DNA of 58,876 bases, the filler included, from Sphacelaria rigidula (taxonomy: Eukaryota), in the NCBI GenBank assembly GCA_964200075.2. It is 8 parts of 8 records of this genome, joined end to end, with 100 filler letters (N's around TTAATTAATTAA, not from the genome) between each part and the next. Parts side by side here need not be neighbours in the genome. Positions count along the whole stretch, not along the records: positions 51,606 to 58,876 come from CAXNAA020015686.1; 7 more parts are not named here. One strand, given 5' to 3'. Each line of letters starts with the position of its first letter. The first letter of the stretch is position 1. Positions 51,880 through 58,876 of this stretch are shown in pieces. Position numbers and translations under genes: made by a program. The notes below the pieces were generated by a model that was not told the DNA's origin, searched no databases, and saw only the letters and a list, made by a program, of their open reading frames with translations.

Positions 51880-52908
51880 CCTGGTTCACGCTTACTCGCC
51901 CAAGATAGTGTCATTAGCAAGATGCCTTCCGAAATACCTACCCAATAGTCGCGCACATGGCATCATACGGACCGCAATGAGCAGACGAAGAGGGTGACAT
52001 TCGCCGGATTTTTGTTTGGAGACGGCGGTGGCGCTAAGGGCGATGGGGTACCTCGATCAATCAGCGCTCTTCAAATCGTTCTGATATTGAAAACACGATT
52101 TCTTTACGATTTCTACCCAATCTGCACATACGTCGAATAGTAGTGATCGCCATCAGCTCGGGAATCGGACATGGAAAAAAATATATATATCGGAAATGGT
52201 TACTATGGGATGGAGTTATACGATCCAACCGTGATATTTCGGTGACGTGGGGTTTTGCGTCGGATTTCCACTTACGACACAAACGAAAACCAAGGAAGAT
52301 TTCCATCACATCTGTCGTAGAAAAGCTCAACTCACCCTAAAATTTGGCAGTTCCCCAGGTATTGGTGCTCCAAATGGGAAACAGCACTGGTGACAAGATG
52401 TCCTAGTTTCTCCGCTCTCCACTTGGGTCGGAGTTGGGCTTTTGCTCCTCTCATGAACATGAAATATTTGCTATTAATATGAAAATCAAATGTGACGCCA
52501 CGCGAATCAAAGCCAGACCGGAACATTCACATTTGTGCATGTGTTCATCTCTGCTTCTTCATTCCCCACTACACGCCTCTTCTAATTTCCTCTGAAATCG
52601 TACCATACGCAATGCCCGAAGCTTGTCTTTCCCGGTTCGACTACGGTATAAATGTACTATTTACCCCGGTCGTGAATACACGTTGTGATCCAAACGTACC
52701 TAAGCATAAGTCTTGTTTCCTTTCAGTGGCTGTTTCTTCTGTCTTTCTATGTTTCTTTCCTGTTTTTTTTGTTTCTCCTTCTGTTTTTTTTTTTTGCTAC
52801 TCCTGAGCACGGGTTGCATTGTTACAATCAGCTAATTTGAGGTGACCAATCAATCGGAAAGCATCAACATACCCAGGGTGGGTGGGTGGAGAACAGAAAG
52901 AAATATTT

Positions 52909-54169
52909 TACGGGCACCGTAGGGAAGGTAGGTACCCGGTACCGGTGTTTGGGACATCTCATACCCTACCGATACCGGTCCAATCCGATATTTTCAAATA
53001 CCATACCTACAATACATACGATACCACGGTATTTCGAGATTTCAATACCTACCGTACCCGCCAAATCAGTTATTTTCAAGTGTCATACCTACGATACCTG
53101 CGATACCACGGTAGTTGGAGATTTCAATACCTACCGTACCCGCCCAATCCGGTATTTTCAAAACTCATACCTACGATACCTACGCATACCACGGTATGGG
53201 ATACCCCGGTAAATACCGGGGGTATACCCGGTATTTACCGAGCGCGATACACTCCCCACGATGCAGCAGCTGGTGCCAACTCACGCTAAGGCCAGAAGCT
53301 GTCGGAGCAGGCACGTCTTGCTTTCACAAGTAATTAATACTCAGATTCTTCGTATATTGCGTGTTTGAATCAATTCAAATGAATTATTCCCGTGTCCTCT
53401 AATGGTTTTGGTGTGTGGGTATAAATATTAGATTCTCATTTGAAGGTGTACATTGTTTCATGTCGAAGATGTGCATTAGACGCAATAATATTCCACGTGC
53501 AAGCAAACAAGCAGAAACGAGACGAAAATGAGGAAAACCAAAAGAACGAGGGGTCGCAGGAGGCATACAATCTTCACAACAATGTGCCAACATACCAATG
53601 AAAAAACCTTCCATATTTATATACCGTAAATACTGCGCAGTTGCCGGGTGCTCTGAATGAAAAGATACAACTACACACGGACGGGCAACCCCTACTCTTG
53701 CGTACTACTGCACTGAAACGCTTCGCACTACCAGATGACAGTTTTGAATTTGGTATAGAGGGTGAGGCAGGTACCCGGTACCGGTATTTGGGACATCTCA
53801 TACCCTACCGTACCCGCCAAATCAGGTATTTTCAAATGTCATACCTCCAATACCTACGATACCACGGTGTTTCGATATTTCAATACCTACCGTACCCGCC
53901 AAATCCGATATTTTCAAATGTCATACCTACGATACCACGGTATTTCGAGATTTCAATACCTACCGTACCCGCCCAATCAGGTGTTTTCAAACGCCATACC
54001 TACGATACCTACGATACCACGGTATTTAGAGATTTCAGTACCTACCGTACCCGCCCAATCCGGTATTTTCAAATGCCATACCTACCATACCTACGCATAC
54101 CACGGTATGGGATACCCCGGTAAATACCGGGGGTACGCTCGGTACGGTACCTTGCCTACGGTGCCTGTG
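52909..54169. mobile_element. Non-autonomous TIR element (hAT-like) with two internal TACCGTACC/GATAC tandem arrays
   Basis: 22-bp TIRs with 3 mismatches (TACGGGCACCGTAGGGAAGGTA / TACCTTGCCTACGGTGCCTGTG); flanks AAATATTT / AAATAATT; arrays ~52930-53240 and ~53770-54135 in direct orientation. Confidence 0.72.
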
Positions 54170-56114
54170 AAATAATTAAAACTAAGCCGCCGCACTGTCT
54201 TTTCCCGTTGCTCCAAGCTTACAATCTCAACCTCCGTGACTAACCTATTTGTTTGCATCGACCATTCCACGATTGCCCTCACATCAAGCCTAGATTGTTC
54301 ACATTCGTACCCGTTCCACAAACCGCAGATCTCGCTACGCTCCGATCTTTCACGTTAATGTTAGTGTCAGGTTGTAACATTTCGTGATGTTTCCAATCAA
54401 CCGTTGTGTACGAGCATTTCTTCAGGTCCCCTACTTAAATGCCATGGTTTCAACCATCTTCAACATCAACTATTAGTACGATAGTTGAAATCGCGACCTA
54501 TCAGATCGGAGTTTTCCTTTATCACCGCACATTTTCGATCGAAAAATATTGTGCTATGTCAAGACCCGCCCTAAAGCTGCCTCGCAGTCGAGTTGCCGAT
54601 CGAACAGTTTGTGTAACCGTTTGACTGCGGAACTCTGATTGCCGATTGGACTCGTACAGGTACACTATTTTTGTGGAAACCTTCGGGTACCCGAAAAATG
54701 GTGGACGAGACGTTCACTCTTATACTAATTGGGTCCATACGGCATACTAAGTATACGCTATATTTTGTTTCTATTCCCACAGGGGCTAGACCAACTCCAT
54801 GAGCAAGTATTAATGGCATACGGACCAAGCATGACGAGCCACAAAAGTAGAGTCAGTTGTAGGACCCGTGCGTCTCCCATCGTTTTCTAGAATGCGAAGT
54901 TTTCGTTTCATGGCGGCGGCGCGTTCCCCGCCTCCAGCAGAGCTTCCGCAGTGGCCGTAAGTGTGGTTCGATTGCTTGATTTTCGGTCTATCGGAGTGAG
55001 TGAGTGAACATCGATATTTGGTTGCGTGGCTGACAGTCGACAGTCCCGGGTGTTCCTAGTTTGTCCACAATGTGTTGTTGTGAAAATCGGCGGGCGCTGC
55101 AGCTGCCGGTTTGACCGTCTGACCGCCACAGGTGGTCCATTTGTGGATCGGCTAGTGTTGGATATCGTATCGAAATATCGCTTTCGTTGATCATATCGAA
55201 AACTGTTCGATGAAACGATGACGATAAGTTCGATACGATACGATAAGGTATGATAAATGATGACTTTGTACCCGATATAATAGCTGGGAAGGCGTGCTTG
55301 TTAAACTGTTAACCATTCTGCTTCTCGTATTGGCGTTTTCTGCTTCTAAATGTGGGCAAGCGTATGCCCTGACGAGGCATTTGGGCTCCTCCGTCATGGT
55401 ACTTTGCGGTATATAAAAATTTCACGCACCTCTGCTCGATTATATGGGCCAATCATGCCTCTTTTCTTATCCCCTTCGACTTGGCGTTTCATGCATTTTT
55501 GTCATGTCTCTGGGTTCGCGTAGTTATGTTTTAAATCGTCTACCTCGAATTCAACCCCAGGATGATCGACACAATAATCGCGTACTCGTATTTAATTCAG
55601 TATAGACGTGCTTGGAGTGCCTTCATGCCCTCTATCGACCTCTTGTCTTGACGTTCTGCTCAAAACGGAAATATATGGGATAACATCTCCTGTGGTAACG
55701 TGTCCTCGTTATTCTTATTATGACACGGGATTCATACATTGCAGATTAATATTTTGAAGGATCAACCTTGGGAACGTTCACAAGCGAGCATCGGAACACT
55801 TCCGAGGGAAAATGCAAGTGCATTCTCCGGCCGTGACGTGTGGCCTCGCTCACTTGAAAAAAATAGCAAATAGGAAAATCCCGTGTTTTTTCCAAACAAT
55901 TTCGACCTCCGCTTCTTGCTATTTTTCAGAATTCCCTGTTATCACGGAATCTTACAAGTTGCGGATGGATATTTTTTTGAAGATGAGCGAGGCCGCACAT
56001 CACGGTCAGAGAGGACGTCCCATTTTTTTCGAAATATTTCGATTATTAAGAAGGTTTCCAAGGCTCATCCTCGAAAGCAAATCCGTCCGCAATTTGTGAA
56101 ATCCCATGTTTAAA

Positions 56115-56213
56115 CCCTTGGACCGCGAGGGTAGTCCACCTGGATAATGCGTACTTTGTTAAAAGTGAAATTAATGCCGATTCAACAGATGACCTGCTCT
56201 CTCTGTCCAAGGG
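56115..56213. mobile_element. ~100-bp piggyBac-like MITE
   Basis: TIRs CCCTTGGAC/GTCCAAGGG with TTAA-like flanks. Confidence 0.6.
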
Positions 56214-57610
56214 TTAGCCCTCAGACAGCAACCCCCCCGCAGGTGGACTGAGTTGGACTACGCCATATGTGGGGTTCACAAAAATTATTTTGTCACACAA
56301 CACAAAATGCCTTTTTCATGAACACGTGGATATTTGTTATCTATGTAGAAAATAGTACCGGAGAACCCCTGACCAGTTTTGACCCTGCTGTCAATTGCGC
56401 GCAGAGTCGGTATGTATGTGTGCTGTACGTCTTCACTGGATACAACGGCAAGAGACAGTGTAAGTACGTCATCGCTTTCCACTGAAGCACAATTTACTGC
56501 ATGCTGCTGATGCCGCTGCCTAGTGCTCGACAACGACACTACAGATAGTGTGAAGCTATGCTGGCAGCACATGAGAGGTCGGGCAGGCGGCGTAGACCAC
56601 GAGCAGAGCATAATACACCACAAGTTATTTGTACCCCATGTATTTAGTCTACGGTTGATTCCCCATAACCAAAACGAGTCTCGGGGGTGGACAGCAAGTA
56701 AGTTCAGTGTATTCCACCCGAACCGGAAGTACGTGCTCATTTTGACGATCGTGATTGGTCATAATGGGCATCCCGCGCCTCCCGGGCCTCGTGCAAGGCT
56801 CATAGTTTCCCGCGGCAAATCCCTGAACACATGATTGACTTCGTAAGCTTTTCGGCTCCTCTGCGGACAGACAACCCCTCCCCTCGAAAAGCTCCGTCTC
56901 GAAAGAGATGCGTGGTCGATGATGAAACGACTAAGGCAAGCAACAAATAAGTACGCCCCCCCCCCCTCAAAAACCACGCCCCCTGGCAGTTGGAACCCCC
57001 CGAACGCTCCGGTCTGTCAGCCTGTGAAACTGTTCCGAGGCGACGCTCGCTGTCTAAGGGTTAATGCTCCTGACTCTGCTGGAAATGCTCCGAGCACTTC
57101 TGGCAATGTTTTTTTTTTGTCAAACTTGCGTTGGTTGTGCTCGTTTTTCTTTGGTGCACATTTACTCATATTCTGCGGCCATAATGTACAACGGGAGAAA
57201 TCGCCTGTAGATGAGCTGAAATCCTCATAGTTGTAAAAATCGGGACTCGTCGCCATAAAAGTGGGTCTAACCCCGACCCAAGGGATATTGGGAAACCCTC
57301 GGGCTAGAGGGTTGCAAAGGTTGCCCTTGGCAGAGTGTGCGTTGGCAAACCTCAAATCGGCGCCGCTTCGAGGGGAGGAAACGCGTTCTGAGCACGATTG
57401 GAAACGCTGGGGACTGTCAGCCCCATTGAAAGAATCCGAGTCTCCGGTATTCAAACTTGAATCACGTCATGTCAACGGTGCGAAATTCGGAGATCAACTG
57501 GGATAATCTTGACTGCCCTTGGCACAACTGTGGAAGTCAACGAACGCACCGAGGTTTGCGTATGTCAAGGTGTCGCACTATGTTGTCGGTATATTTTGTA
57601 CGCCACTACC

Positions 57611-57960
57611 GGTCCCCCCGGTGGCTCAGTCGGTAACCTCGAAACCCTCTGACGGTTGGGTCGTGGGTTCAAATCTCGGCGCAATCTGGGATTTTTTATT
57701 CATACAACGCCAAACAGTGGAGAGCGACCAGTGTATAATATGTCGTGGGTACACGAGGGAAAGGGGCTGCTGAACCCCTGTCACGATGAAAAATAAAGGC
57801 AAGCACCGTAGAAGGAAGGTGGAGTACTAAAATTAAACAAGCAAAAAAACTCCTGTGTTGACCTTCCTCCTGTGTGACGCTGGCTGGTGCGCCCACATAT
57901 ACCGAAAGGTGTAGACCGGCGTCCAGAATAGATGGGACGGCAACGAAACACACAACACTA
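57611..57960 (+). mobile_element. Full-length tRNA-derived SINE
   Basis: Pol III A box TGGCTCAGTCGG (57622-57633) and B box GGTTCAAATCT (57666-57676), body shared with 4 other copies, AC-rich tail, possible CACTAC TSD. Confidence 0.8.
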
Positions 57961-58377
57961 CTTCCGTGTTGAACGTCTCGGAGCGCTTCGCCGTCGCTGG
58001 GCCTTGGGCAGGCTTGCTGCATGCTCAAGGTGCAATTTTCGTAAAAGACCATTCTTCGATTTTTTGTCGCTTGCCGCCGCTCATGACGGTGAACGTTTGA
58101 TACCAAGATTGGGGATGGGAAGATATCGGTATCCGCTCCTAATTCAAGAAGAGAAATCATTACCTCGATGGATATTGAAAGACTTGCGGGCTGACCGGTC
58201 ATTGAGGGGCCTGGTCTAGATAGCACGAGATTTGACTCTTCGATATGCTCGCTCGTTGGAATCAGTCCCGATCGTTTGGATTTCTAGCTATTAATTACGC
58301 TAGAGCGGAAAAGCCCAAGAACACGAAGTCCCCTCTTGACAAATGGGGTATTTTTCCGTATTGCCCCGTCAACATTC

Positions 58378-58668
58378 AACAATGTTTTCGTGAGATTGAG
58401 AGTGGAGGATACGATTGAGAGTGAAAAGCGGTCGATTAGTGAATGAATCGTTTCAGTTCCGAAATGCTCCTTCACGAGGCCCGATATGCTTTTTGTAGTA
58501 TTATAGCTTGCGACTGAGGCCCTTGATATCCCTCAGTAGGATATCGACGTGTAGCCGTAAGCAAACGCCAGTGACGAAGGGAAATAAAATCACACACGGG
58601 ATGAAAAAGCAATTGATCAAAGCCACTCTCAATCAGCACTCTACTTTCACTCTCACGAAAACGTTGTT
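58378..58668. repeat. Imperfect inverted repeat (MITE-like)
   Basis: AACAATGTTTTCGTGAGA..GATTGAGAGTG versus CACTCTCAATC..TCTCACGAAAACGTTGTT. Confidence 0.5.
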
Positions 58669-58876
58669 ATTCATGTCCTGAGCACAACCTTCTTCTTCCC
58701 CCGATATCTGACGACACTAACGTTTTCACGGTTAGGGCAAATCATCACGACTCAAAATCGCCAAATTCACGATTTCTTCGGCCTGATTGCCCAAAAGGGA
58801 GACAAAGGCTGATCCCTGGTACTAGGGATATCCACGCAACTTTTGCTCCATTCCACGTGTCTGGGCTGCGTGTACC

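Noticed and set aside
52882-54175. Tyr/Pro/Thr-rich repeat ORFs or a CRISPR-like array
   Set aside because: The ORFs are translations of tandem DNA arrays; there are no unique spacers and no cas genes
56285-57506. Possible exons in contig 8
   Set aside because: No recognisable domain and no consistent splice chain
57611-57690. tRNA gene
   Set aside because: A and B boxes are present but I could not find a convincing acceptor stem or cloverleaf, and it is fused to a repeated body, so it is a SINE head

Overview
Eukaryotic, intron-rich DNA whose gene structure and repeat content suggest a brown alga (Phaeophyceae, Ectocarpus-like); this assignment is inference. The window is not one locus. 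It is 8 contigs of 7273/7273/7273/7272/7272/7271/7271/7271 bp, apparently size-sorted and joined by 100-bp N..TTAATTAATTAA..N linkers, so no synteny can be read across linkers. Contig 1: secreted class-3 lipase with a ~220-aa stretch after the lid. Contig 2: near-complete, degenerate Ty1/copia LTR retrotransposon with a probable decayed extra ORF between pol and the 3' LTR. Contig 3: low-complexity RG-rich, possibly Caprin-like protein. Contig 4: fragment of an SH3 + DH(RhoGEF)-like gene. Contig 5: hypothetical gene and a tail-anchored cyclophilin. Contig 6: bleomycin hydrolase exons, with three Sola2-like MITEs (4-bp TSDs) in intronic sequence. Contig 7: WHIM/WSD chromatin protein. Contig 8: repeats only, including a full-length tRNA-derived SINE and an hAT-like element. 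No CRISPR, rRNA or true tRNA was found. All annotations were made by eye; no database searches were run.
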